A stretch of DNA of 64,000 bases, taken from the NCBI GenBank assembly GCA_016235455.1, contig JACRKZ010000057.1, forward strand, positions 24,269-88,268, read 5' to 3'. This document shows, piece after piece, positions 47,601 through 56,584 of this stretch; position 1 is the first letter of the stretch, and the number at the start of each line of letters is the position of its first letter. The DNA is from Armatimonadota bacterium (GTDB lineage: Bacteria; Armatimonadota; UBA10988). Both the position numbers and the translations under genes were made by a program. The notes under the pieces were generated by a model, which saw nothing but the letters and a program-made list of their open reading frames with translations, made no database searches and had not been told where the DNA came from.

Positions 47601-50600
47601 GGCCAGGCCACCTCGGCCAGGTCGACCGTGCCGATGCCGTCGATGACGATGTCGGCCGGCGCGGCGAGCGTGGCGTCGAGCCGGCTCCAGGCGCCATCGG
47701 GCCGCAGCCAGCGGGCGGTCGGGCCTTCGCGCAGACCCACGCGCGGCGCCGGCTGGTCATCGCTCAGCGCGCGCGCCCTGGCCCAGATGGCCACGCGGCC
47801 GGTGTGCGGGATGGTGGCCACCGCGCTCGGCGCCGACTCCGCGCGGCGGGTGACCCGCAGCACGCGTTGGCCGCGCAGCCAGTCGTCCGCGTCGACATAG
47901 CGCACGTCGGCTTCGCCGAACCCCGGCGGCGTGAGCGGCAGGGCATCAGCGCCACCGTCCAAGGTCAGTCGCCGCGTCATTGGCGCGGTGGCGACATCCG
48001 GTGCCCCGGCGTGGTCGATGCGGTCGTTGGCCAGCCAGACCTGCGGCAGCAGGCCCGTCGCCTCGGTGGGACCGAGGAATACCAATCGGCTCGGCGCGCG
48101 TCCGCCGCCGTCGTCGTCGGTCACGGTCACCTGCAGGCCAAGCACTCGGCCAGTGTCGAGGCGGCGGGCGGCCTCGGGCGTGAGCGGCACGGCCAGCTCG
48201 GCCGACCAGCCGGTCGCGCCGGCGCGGAAGCCCAGGCGCAGGTTCGGGTCGTCGATGGCCTGCGGCTGGTCCGGCTCCAGACGGGTGAACTCCAAGGCGC
48301 CGATGGCGCGGCTGTCGACCAGCGGCCGGAGGCGCAGACGATGGTCGGCCTCGGTGCCGACGGCGTCCACGGGCGGTGCGGCCGGGTCCAGGTCCAGGCC
48401 GATATCCAGCATGTCGCCGCCGGTGACCACATCATCGGTGACGTCGACCAGCAGCCAGAGCCGCCCATCGCGCCAGTCGCCGCGCACGGTGAGCGAGGCG
48501 TCGTCAGGCCCGTCCCACTGGGAGCCGTCCACGGCCGCCAGACGGTCCTCGGTACTGGCCGTGCGCCCCGGCTCGTTGTCCCAGTCGTCGTCGTTGCCAT
48601 CGGCGCGCAGCGCGCGGAAGCCGACATGCTCGGGCCAAGACCACAGCGCGCGGCTGAGGTCGGTCATATGGCTGCCGGTCTCGGCCAACAGTCGCACCGT
48701 GCCGGCCGACCGCTCGGGCCAGGCGGCAAAGGGCACCCAGATTGTCTGGTCCCCCGGCGGCAGCAGTGCGTTGAGATGGCCTACCACCGGAGTGGGCCCG
48801 GAGTCGGCGCGCAGTGCCAGCGGCATCGGGCCGGGCCGGTTGCCGCCGTTGCGCAGCGACAGCAGCAGGCCCGGCGCGCGGTCGCGCACCGCCAGGCGGC
48901 ACGATGCAGTGGTCGGCTGCCAGTCTTCAATGACCGCCGAGGCCAGCCACTGGCCCAGCCTGTCCACGTCGGGCGCGGTGATGAAGATCGGGTCGAAGCC
49001 GAGCGCGACGCGGTCGGCCGGGACGTGTCCGCCGAACAGCGTGTCGACCATGAGGTCGTCGACCGCCAGCGTCAGCCGGGGTAGCGAGCCCAGTGCCGGT
49101 GCTTCGCGCGGCGTGGCGCGGCTGTCGGTCACGTTCCACAGGGCGGCCAGGCCACGGCCGTTGGGCAGGGCCAGCCTTACGCCGCGCAGCCCGTCGGGCA
49201 AAGTGATGTCGTCGACGAAACGCGCGCCATCGAAGCGGGTCAGCCACTGATTCACCGCCACGGCCAGCGGGTCGGCCTGGCCGCGCCAGCCGCCGGCAAA
49301 GCACATCTGCGCGCTGGCGCGCGCGGTGAGCAGCCGCGCCCGCACGGTGCGTGCGGCCACCTGCCAGGGACTCGGCCCGATGTCGCTGGGCAGCGGCTCC
49401 AGCGGGCCGGCGGCCGTGCTCGTGGCCACCACGCTGAGGCCGGGCTCCGTGCCCTTGTGCGCGCGCAGCGCGCTGCCCAGGCTATCGGCCAGGCGATCCA
49501 GGCTGGTCGACCAGATGCGCTCCGGCTCGGTGCCCAGTGCCGCGGGCAGATGCCAGACGACGCGGTGGAGGCGCGGCAGGTTGTCGCGCCGCAGCGCATC
49601 GAACAGGTAGGGCGCCACGCGGCCGCCCGCCTTGGGTTCACAACCCGTACCGAGCCCCGCCGCCCTGGCCGACGCGTCGGCCAGGCGCAAGGCCAGGCCG
49701 AACCGCAGCAAGTACTCCGCATAGTCGCCGAGACCCCAGGTGAGCCAGGGCTCGTTGTCCATCTCATAGGTGACGCCGCGGCCGGCGAAGTGCCGGGCGA
49801 CCGCCTGGCAGAACGCCATGAAGCGCTCGGTGTCGGGCTGTCCGTCGCGCGTGGTGGCCACCCTGGGGGGCAGCAACGCGGCCGGCGACACGTCCAGCAC
49901 CAAGGTCACCGCGATGCCGGCGTCGAAGGCCGGCTGGAGGCTGGCGTCGATCTCACGCCAGCGGTACTCGCCCTGCGCGTCGACCAACTCGGTCCAGGCG
50001 ACCACGCGGCGCACCTCGCGCAGGCCGACCGCGGCGGCCGTGCCGGCCTCGTCCAGCGCCGTGGGATCGAACGACCAGGCCTCGGCCACGGCCGTGCCGC
50101 GCAGGTCGCGCAGTACCGGCAGGTAGCGCCGCGCCACCAAGGGCGCGGCCCCGCTGGCGAAGCGGGCCTCGGCCAGGTACATGCCCGCCGGAAGGTCGCC
50201 CAGCGGCACAGTGTAGGTGGGGCCGGGCGCGTCCAGCGGCCACGAACGGCGCGGCGCCTGCTCGCCGCAGCGCTCGGCGCCCACGTCGATGAGCGTCAGC
50301 GTGCCGCCGACGGCGGGCTCGGTCGCGCTCTGCCGCACGGTGAGCGCGGCGTCAGCGCTCTGCCAGAGCGGTGCGCCAAGCTGGTCCGACCAGGTGATGT
50401 CGACCGCCGGCTCGGGCGCCGCGGCCAGGGCGCGCGGGCCGTCTACCAGGCGCACATCGTCCAGCACCGCCAGGCCCGGCGCGCCGACCGGCGCGATCAC
50501 GGCCAGGCCGGGCTGGACCTCGAGCGGCTCGTCGGCCTGCTCGCCGGGCGTCTTGAAGGTCAGTTGGTAGGTTGTCGGGCCAGCACTCAGCGCGAACTCG

Positions 50601-50902
50601 GCCGACTGGCCGGCGCAACTCAGCCGCAGCCGCTCGCGCCCATCGCGCCCGCTGGCCAGGCAGGCCAAGGTGTAGACCGTCGCGGGGCGCAGCTTGATAG
50701 GCCGTTCCAGCCCCAGTTGCGCGCCGGGCGGTACTTGCAGCGCTCCCGCCTGCCAGCGCACGGGCTGATCGTGCCGACGCGACCAGGTCACCTGCCACGC
50801 GCCTGGCCCGACGCCGAACGAGCCATCGCCCGGCAACCGGTTGGGCGCGGACTCGGGCGCCAGAAGCAGCATCGCGCAGAGCCAGACGACGGGGTTCATC
50901 AT
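47597..50902 (-). CDS. Large secreted multidomain protein: CBM-like N-terminus, clan GH-A-like barrel, CBM9-like domain
   Basis: Signal peptide; W..L....G.Y.W..ID and YEMDNEP (GH-A); DG..DDW, LWLLVDVTDD, WSAELAVP, VTDDD (CBM9-like). Confidence 0.65.
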   Translation of the reverse strand: MMNPVVWLCAMLLLAPESAPNRLPGDGSFGVGPGAWQVTWSRRHDQPVRWQAGALQVPPGAQLGLERPIKLRPATVYTLACLASGRDGRERLRLSCAGQSAEFALSAGPTTYQLTFKTPGEQADEPLEVQPGLAVIAPVGAPGLAVLDDVRLVDGPRALAAAPEPAVDITWSDQLGAPLWQSADAALTVRQSATEPAVGGTLTLIDVGAERCGEQAPRRSWPLDAPGPTYTVPLGDLPAGMYLAEARFASGAAPLVARRYLPVLRDLRGTAVAEAWSFDPTALDEAGTAAAVGLREVRRVVAWTELVDAQGEYRWREIDASLQPAFDAGIAVTLVLDVSPAALLPPRVATTRDGQPDTERFMAFCQAVARHFAGRGVTYEMDNEPWLTWGLGDYAEYLLRFGLALRLADASARAAGLGTGCEPKAGGRVAPYLFDALRRDNLPRLHRVVWHLPAALGTEPERIWSTSLDRLADSLGSALRAHKGTEPGLSVVATSTAAGPLEPLPSDIGPSPWQVAARTVRARLLTARASAQMCFAGGWRGQADPLAVAVNQWLTRFDGARFVDDITLPDGLRGVRLALPNGRGLAALWNVTDSRATPREAPALGSLPRLTLAVDDLMVDTLFGGHVPADRVALGFDPIFITAPDVDRLGQWLASAVIEDWQPTTASCRLAVRDRAPGLLLSLRNGGNRPGPMPLALRADSGPTPVVGHLNALLPPGDQTIWVPFAAWPERSAGTVRLLAETGSHMTDLSRALWSWPEHVGFRALRADGNDDDWDNEPGRTASTEDRLAAVDGSQWDGPDDASLTVRGDWRDGRLWLLVDVTDDVVTGGDMLDIGLDLDPAAPPVDAVGTEADHRLRLRPLVDSRAIGALEFTRLEPDQPQAIDDPNLRLGFRAGATGWSAELAVPLTPEAARRLDTGRVLGLQVTVTDDDGGGRAPSRLVFLGPTEATGLLPQVWLANDRIDHAGAPDVATAPMTRRLTLDGGADALPLTPPGFGEADVRYVDADDWLRGQRVLRVTRRAESAPSAVATIPHTGRVAIWARARALSDDQPAPRVGLREGPTARWLRPDGAWSRLDATLAAPADIVIDGIGTVDLAEVAWP

Positions 50903-50909
50903 GGGAGGG

Positions 50910-50939
50910 AGCTTAGCCGGGCGGCAGGCGCGGCGTCAA
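50910..50939 (-). promoter_or_regulatory. Putative promoter for a leaderless operon
   Basis: TTGACG-N18-TAAGCT, 7 nt before ATG 50902; no SD. Confidence 0.45.
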
Positions 50940-50958
50940 GCAGCGCACGGCGGCACCG

Positions 50959-51852
50959 TCATTCCATCGCCATCAGCACGGGCCGCAGAGCGCGCAGTTC
51001 CGCCGCCAGTCGCTGCCCAGCGAGCACCAGCCGCGTTCGAGCCACGACGCGCGCGTTGTCCACGTACTCGGCAGGCAGCGCGACCGACGTCGTGGCCTGG
51101 TTCACGGGCGCGCGGCCATAGACCGCCGTACAGGCAGCCAGGTAGCTCTCCTTGGCCCAGGCCCGGCTCTCCAGGTTGCCTGCCTGCGCGGCGCTGGCCG
51201 GGTAGCCTTCAACCAGTGCCTCAGCCGCTTCGTCTTCATCGTGAGGCAGGTCGCGCCGGTCATAGACGATGGCGCCCGCCCTCCACTGCAGGCCGTGCGC
51301 CCAGTCCCAGAAGGTGTGCAGGTTCTGCGTGCGCGCCACGTTTTCGATGGTCACCACGTAGTTGCCCACCTGCACGCCATTGCCACCGCTGTCCCCGTGG
51401 CGATCGGCGCAGTGCAAGGGTTGATGCAGGTCACCGATCAGATGCATGATGCGGGCCAAGGCCTTGGTGCGCTCTTCGCGAGTGCCCGTGCCGCGCACGG
51501 TGGCGCGCGCCTGATCGAGTGCCCAGACCGCCTGCTCCTTGCCCTGCCAGGCCGCCCATGCGGTCTCGAACTCCGGGGTAGTGCCGCCGAAGTCCAGGTC
51601 GATGTAGTGCCAGTGGTCGTCGACGCCGCGCTGCCTGGTGTCGTCCATCCAGGTGGTCGCATCACTGAAGTGGTAGCGCTTCTCCGGCGTCGAGAGCCGA
51701 GCCAGGAGCGCTTCCGCCTTGTACATCAGGGCGTCATCGTTCAGCAGATACCAGGCGATGTCGCCCGTGGCCACATGGCCATCCGCGTTCCACGCGCGCG
51801 CCGCCATCGGGCTGAGCAGCAGACACAGGAGTGTTGGTAGCCAGCGCTTCAT
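50959..51852 (-). CDS. S1/P1 nuclease, secreted
   Basis: Signal peptide then WNADGH; WMDD, WHYID, HLIGDLHQPLH, GGN, NLHTFWD, WAKES, AGQRLA. Confidence 0.93.
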   Translation of the reverse strand: MKRWLPTLLCLLLSPMAARAWNADGHVATGDIAWYLLNDDALMYKAEALLARLSTPEKRYHFSDATTWMDDTRQRGVDDHWHYIDLDFGGTTPEFETAWAAWQGKEQAVWALDQARATVRGTGTREERTKALARIMHLIGDLHQPLHCADRHGDSGGNGVQVGNYVVTIENVARTQNLHTFWDWAHGLQWRAGAIVYDRRDLPHDEDEAAEALVEGYPASAAQAGNLESRAWAKESYLAACTAVYGRAPVNQATTSVALPAEYVDNARVVARTRLVLAGQRLAAELRALRPVLMAME

Positions 51853-52029
51853 AGCAGTCCCCTGATCCGTGGTTGGCCATCAGCGCCGCCACTCCTGCCG
51901 ACCCAAAGGGGCTGGCCGCCGACTTGCGTCGGCGGCCAGGAGGGAGTGAGCGTTGGGCCGCGCGGAAGGGGTCCGCGGCCCGTCCTATCAGCAACCCGGC
52001 GACGGCGGCCGTGCCGGGATCTTGTGTGG

Positions 52030-52563
52030 TCAGTTGGTCAGGGCTGCCACACCATCCTTGACGGACTTATGGTCGGGATCCGCCAAGCTCTCGACGATCC
52101 GGTGCTCCTTGATCAAGACCACCGTCGTCGCAACCTTGTTGTTGACCTTCCAGTTGGGAATGTCTTTGTAGTCGGGCGCCGCCACGGCCGTGGGTACGGC
52201 CAGCTTCTGCGCCGCTACCCAGTCGCGCAGGCTCTTGGTGCTGTCGGCCGTGCCAACCAGGACCACCGCACCGTTGAGGTGCTTGTCCTGCCCGCCGCGC
52301 CACGCCTCGTCAACGGCCTTGATGCCCGCCCGCGACGTCTCGGTATCGGCGGTGACGAAGGCCACCACGGCCGGCATCTTGCCGGCGCGACAGGTCACGC
52401 AGTACTCACCATCGGTGTCGTTGAACGCGTCAACATGCAGCAGGGGCGCATTGCCACCCTTGGCCAGCCCCGACGTCTCCGCCGCGGTCAACCGCGGCAC
52501 GAGCAGCAGACCGGCCACCGCCGCCGCGCCTGCCCCGAGCAACCAGTTCCGAAGTCGCATCAC
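52030..52563 (-). CDS. Secreted thioredoxin-fold-like protein with CxxC
   Basis: Signal peptide; EYCVTCRAG..PAVVAF; TTVVL. Confidence 0.6.
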   Translation of the reverse strand: MMRLRNWLLGAGAAAVAGLLLVPRLTAAETSGLAKGGNAPLLHVDAFNDTDGEYCVTCRAGKMPAVVAFVTADTETSRAGIKAVDEAWRGGQDKHLNGAVVLVGTADSTKSLRDWVAAQKLAVPTAVAAPDYKDIPNWKVNNKVATTVVLIKEHRIVESLADPDHKSVKDGVAALTN

Positions 52564-52776
52564 CTGCTCCAGTATTCAACCGACCCCGAGGTCGGTTAGT
52601 CATCTGATCAGCACGATGGTGCGGTTGAGGCAGCGGCGCAAGGGGCGATTGTGTGGCGAATTCGTTGCGGAGGAGTCGGGGGTGCCATGTTGAATTCGCG
52701 TTGCATACTACCAGCAATCTCTTTGATGAGCCGACCGGCGCGTCAGGCGGACCGGTGCGGCAGATGGGCGGTGGTG

Positions 52777-53967
52777 ATGGCAGAGAAGAAAGCAGAAGCG
52801 AAAGTAGAGCAGAAGGCGGCGGAGACCAAGGGCGCCTCGGCTGAGGACTTCGCCCGCGGCCTGCGAGGCGTAGTGGCCGCGCAGACGCGCATCAGCCGCG
52901 TCGAAGGCGACATCGGCCGGCTGTCCTACTGCGGCTACGATATCAAGGACCTGGTGGAGCACTGCACGTTCGAGGAGGTCATCTACCTGCTCTGGAACCT
53001 GGAGTTGCCGACCAAGGCGCAGTTTGCCGCGTTCAGCGAGAAGCTGGTGGCTGAGCGCACGCTGCCGGCGGGCCTCATCTACACCATGCGCACGCTGCCG
53101 CACACCACGCCGCCGATGGATGCGCTGCGAACCTGCGTGTCGCTGCTGTCGGTCTACGATCCGGAGAAGCCCGAGGATCGCTCCTTGGAGGCCAACTGGC
53201 GGCGCGCCATGCGGCTGATGGCCAAGTTGCCGTGCGTGGTGGCCACGTTCGAGCGGCTGCGCAAGGGCCACGAGCCGGTCGACCCGCATCCGGGGTTGTC
53301 CATGGCGGGCAACTTCATGTACCTGATGACCGGCCAGATGCCCGACCCCGACGCCGAGCGGGCCATGGATGTCGGCCTGATCCTGCACGCCGACCACGGC
53401 TTGAACGCTTCGACGTTCGCCGCGCGAGTCACGGTGGCCACCTTGTCCGATGTCTACTCGGGCATCACCTCGGCCATCGGCGCGCTGAAGGGCCCGCTGC
53501 ACGGCGGCGCCAACCAGGAAGTGCTCAAGATGCTCCATGACATCCGGCTCATGGACCGCGTCGAGAGCTATATCCACGAGAAGATGGCGCGCAAGGAGCT
53601 GATCATGGGCTTCGGGCACGCCGTCTATCGCAACGGCGACCCGCGCGCGGCCATCTTGCGCGAGTGGTCCAAGCGCATGGGCGAGCGCGCCGGCGACACC
53701 TTGTGGTATCGCATGTCCGAGAAGGTCGAGGCCATCGTCACGGGCGAGAAGGGCCTCAAGCCCAACGTCGACTTCTACAGCGCCTCGGTCTACCACACGC
53801 TGCAGATCGACCACGACCTGTACACGCCGATCTTCGCCTGCTCTCGCGTCGCCGGCTGGCTGGCGCACATCATGGAGCAGTATTCGGACAACCGCATCAT
53901 CCGCCCGCTCGACCAGTGGGTGGGCGCGGAGCCGCGCGACGTCGTGCCGCTCGGCCAGCGCGACTGA
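52777..53967 (+). CDS. gltA: Citrate synthase (or 2-methylcitrate synthase)
   Basis: GLRGVVA, HADHGLNASTF, LKGPLHGGAN, MGFGHAVY..GDPR, PNVDFYS, RIIRP. Confidence 0.9.
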   Translation: MAEKKAEAKVEQKAAETKGASAEDFARGLRGVVAAQTRISRVEGDIGRLSYCGYDIKDLVEHCTFEEVIYLLWNLELPTKAQFAAFSEKLVAERTLPAGLIYTMRTLPHTTPPMDALRTCVSLLSVYDPEKPEDRSLEANWRRAMRLMAKLPCVVATFERLRKGHEPVDPHPGLSMAGNFMYLMTGQMPDPDAERAMDVGLILHADHGLNASTFAARVTVATLSDVYSGITSAIGALKGPLHGGANQEVLKMLHDIRLMDRVESYIHEKMARKELIMGFGHAVYRNGDPRAAILREWSKRMGERAGDTLWYRMSEKVEAIVTGEKGLKPNVDFYSASVYHTLQIDHDLYTPIFACSRVAGWLAHIMEQYSDNRIIRPLDQWVGAEPRDVVPLGQRD

Positions 53968-53986
53968 TCTGTCGATACTTGCCGAC

Positions 53987-54030
53987 ATGCCGCTGAACCG
54001 GGCCTGCCTGGTTCAGCGGCATTGTCATTT
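53987..54030 (+). terminator. Intrinsic terminator
   Basis: ATGCCGCTGAACCGGGC/GCCTGGTTCAGCGGCAT stem followed by TGTCATTT. Confidence 0.7.
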
Positions 54031-54092
54031 GGGCCGGGCAGGGAAAGCGATCGCCGCGGGGAAAGGCGTCGGCAGGGCAGGGAGTCGGGCCA

Positions 54093-55616
54093 ATGGCGGC
54101 GCCGGGCCAACCGGTTCTCCAGATGGTGGGTGTGACCAAGCGGTTCGCCGGAACCGTGGCGGTTGACGGCGTCGACTTCGAGTTGCTGCCTGGCGAGGTG
54201 CACGCCCTGATGGGCGAGAACGGCGCCGGCAAGTCCACGCTGATGAAGATCCTGGCCGGCTCGTTCGCCGACTACACGGGCCAGATCCTGATCGACGGGC
54301 AGCCGGTCGACCTGCGCTCGCCGCAAGCCGCCCAAGCCAACGGCGTGGCCATGATCTACCAGGAGTTGAGCCTGGCGCCGCCCATCAGCGTGGCCGAGAA
54401 CCTGCTCGCCGGCCGCCTGCCAGGCCGTGGGCCGTGGCTGGACCGGCGGGCGCTGACCGAGCAGGCACGGGCCTGCCTGGCGCGCGTCGGGCTCGAGATC
54501 GATCCCGCGGTGCCGGTCGAAGACCTCAGTCTGCACGAGGCGCAGTTGGTCGAGGTGGCCAAGGCGCTGGCCACGGAGCCGCGTATCCTGGTCATGGACG
54601 AGCCCACTTCGGCGCTGTCGCGCGAGGAGGTCGACCGCCTGTTTGAGCTGATCGACCGGCTGCGCGGCGAGGGCCTGTCGATCATCTACATCTCTCACCA
54701 CCTGCCCGAGGTCTTTCGCATCGTCGACCGTGTCACGGTGATGCGCGATGGCCGCCGCGTGATCACCCACGCCATCGGTGAGGTGACCAGCCGGTCGCTG
54801 GTCGAGCTGATGGTTGGCGGTTCGGTCAACACGCTGTACCCCGTTCGCGAGCGTCCGGCCAGCGCGGTGGGCAGCCAGCCGCTGCTGCGCGTCGAGGGGC
54901 TGACCCGCTATGGCTTCTTCCACGACGTGAGCTTCGCGCTGCGGCCGGGCGAAATCGTCGGGCTGTGCGGCCTGGCGGGGTCGGGCAGGAGCGAGGTGGC
55001 GCGGTCGTTGTGCGGCTTGGACCCGCTCGACGAGGGACGCGTCTTCCTGGCCGAGGAGCCGCTGATGGCCGGCGACTACGGCGCCGCCATCGGCGCGGGC
55101 CTGGCCTATCTGACCGAGGATCGCAAGGCCCAGGGCCTGGCCCTGCGCCTGACCATCGGCGAGAACCTGCTGGCCGCCAGCACGCCCCGCCTGACCCGCT
55201 GGGGGCGCTATCGGGAGGCGCTCGGCCGGCCGACCACCGCCGGGCTGCTGACGGCGCTGCAGGTGCATCCCGCCGAGCCAGAGCGCGAGGTGTCCACGCT
55301 GTCGGGCGGCAACCAGCAGAAGGTGCTGCTGGGCAAGTGGCTGGCCACCGAACCGCGAGTGCTGATCCTCGATGAGCCCACGCGTGGCGTCGATGTCGGC
55401 GCCAAGGCGGTCATCCATCGCGCCGTGGCGCATGTGGCCGACCAAGGCCATGCCGTGCTGCTCATTTCCAGCGACCTGCCCGAACTGGTGGGCCTGTCCG
55501 ACCGCATTCTGGTGCTGCGCGAAGGCCACCTCATTGGCGAGCTCCGGGGCGAGGAACGCAGCGAGGAGACCGCGCTGCTGGCGGCCAACGGCGAACTGCC
55601 GGGGAGGCGGCCATGA
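54093..55616 (+). CDS. Sugar ABC transporter ATP-binding protein (CUT2/RbsA type)
   Basis: GENGAGKST, MDEPTS, ISH, EDRK.QGL, LSGGNQQKV, DEPTRGVDVGAK. Confidence 0.97.
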   Translation: MAAPGQPVLQMVGVTKRFAGTVAVDGVDFELLPGEVHALMGENGAGKSTLMKILAGSFADYTGQILIDGQPVDLRSPQAAQANGVAMIYQELSLAPPISVAENLLAGRLPGRGPWLDRRALTEQARACLARVGLEIDPAVPVEDLSLHEAQLVEVAKALATEPRILVMDEPTSALSREEVDRLFELIDRLRGEGLSIIYISHHLPEVFRIVDRVTVMRDGRRVITHAIGEVTSRSLVELMVGGSVNTLYPVRERPASAVGSQPLLRVEGLTRYGFFHDVSFALRPGEIVGLCGLAGSGRSEVARSLCGLDPLDEGRVFLAEEPLMAGDYGAAIGAGLAYLTEDRKAQGLALRLTIGENLLAASTPRLTRWGRYREALGRPTTAGLLTALQVHPAEPEREVSTLSGGNQQKVLLGKWLATEPRVLILDEPTRGVDVGAKAVIHRAVAHVADQGHAVLLISSDLPELVGLSDRILVLREGHLIGELRGEERSEETALLAANGELPGRRP

Positions 55617-56584
55617 GCGAGGCCAAGACCCAGCGGCACCGGCCCGTGTCGGGTGTCTACCTGTTCGTGCTGGCCCTGCTGCTGCTCGGCCGTCTGGTCT
55701 CGCCGACGTTCTGGACAGCCGGCAGCCTGCTGCAGGTGGTGCAGGATGTGTCGATCCTGGGCGTGGTCGCCGTTGGCTTGGCCTTCATCACCTACAGCGG
55801 CCATTTCGTCGACCTGTCCATCCCCGCCATCATGGCGGTATCGGGCATTGTGGCCGTGGCGCTGCTGCCCTACGGCTACAGTCTGGCACTCGCGGCCGGC
55901 CTGCTCAGCGGTCTGCTGCTGGGCCTGGTCAACGGCCTGGTGGTGGGCTACCTGCGGCTGAATCCCATCCTCTGGACGCTGGCGGCGCTGTCGCTGATCG
56001 ACGGCATCACGCGCTGGGCCTACGGCGGGCAGTGGATCTACGCCGACGAGACCACGCTCGCCGGCACGCGCTTTGTGGGCATCTACCGCGCCAGCGTGCT
56101 CGGCGTGCCGGCCATTGTGCTGGTCTTCGCCGCCGTGGCCATCGTGGGCGGGCTGCTCATGCGCCACAGCGGCTGGGGCCGCAACCTCAAGCTGGTCGGC
56201 GCGGCCTATGAGCCGGCGCGCATGAGCGGGGTGCCGGTGCGGCGCACGGTGTGCATCGCGTTCGTGCTGTCTGGGCTGACCTCGGCCTTGGCCGGGCTCA
56301 TCAAGACCAGCCTGAACAAGTATGGCGACGTGGAGATCGGGCTGGGCTATGACTTCCTGGCGCTGACCGCGGTGGTGCTGGGTGGCACGCCGTTGGCCGG
56401 TGGGCGTGGCACCATGGCCGGCGTGGTGGGCGGTGCGCTGGTGATGGGCCTGCTGGGCAGCATCCTGCCGCTCATCCCAGGTATCGGGCAGGATCAGCAG
56501 TCGATGATCCGCGGCGTCATTTTCGTGGTGGTGGTCGGGCTGAGTCAGTGGGCGCTGCGGCGACGCGGGAGGGACGACCAATGA
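55613..56584 (+). CDS. Sugar ABC transporter permease (RbsC type)
   Basis: VDLSI, GLVNGL, GR.L..VG....ARMSGV, AVVLGGT.LAGGRG. Confidence 0.95.
   Translation: MSEAKTQRHRPVSGVYLFVLALLLLGRLVSPTFWTAGSLLQVVQDVSILGVVAVGLAFITYSGHFVDLSIPAIMAVSGIVAVALLPYGYSLALAAGLLSGLLLGLVNGLVVGYLRLNPILWTLAALSLIDGITRWAYGGQWIYADETTLAGTRFVGIYRASVLGVPAIVLVFAAVAIVGGLLMRHSGWGRNLKLVGAAYEPARMSGVPVRRTVCIAFVLSGLTSALAGLIKTSLNKYGDVEIGLGYDFLALTAVVLGGTPLAGGRGTMAGVVGGALVMGLLGSILPLIPGIGQDQQSMIRGVIFVVVVGLSQWALRRRGRDDQ

Noticed and set aside
50959-51852. S1/P1 nuclease as part of an anti-phage system
   Set aside because: It has a signal peptide and no defence-gene neighbours; nucleotide or phosphate scavenging is the simpler explanation.
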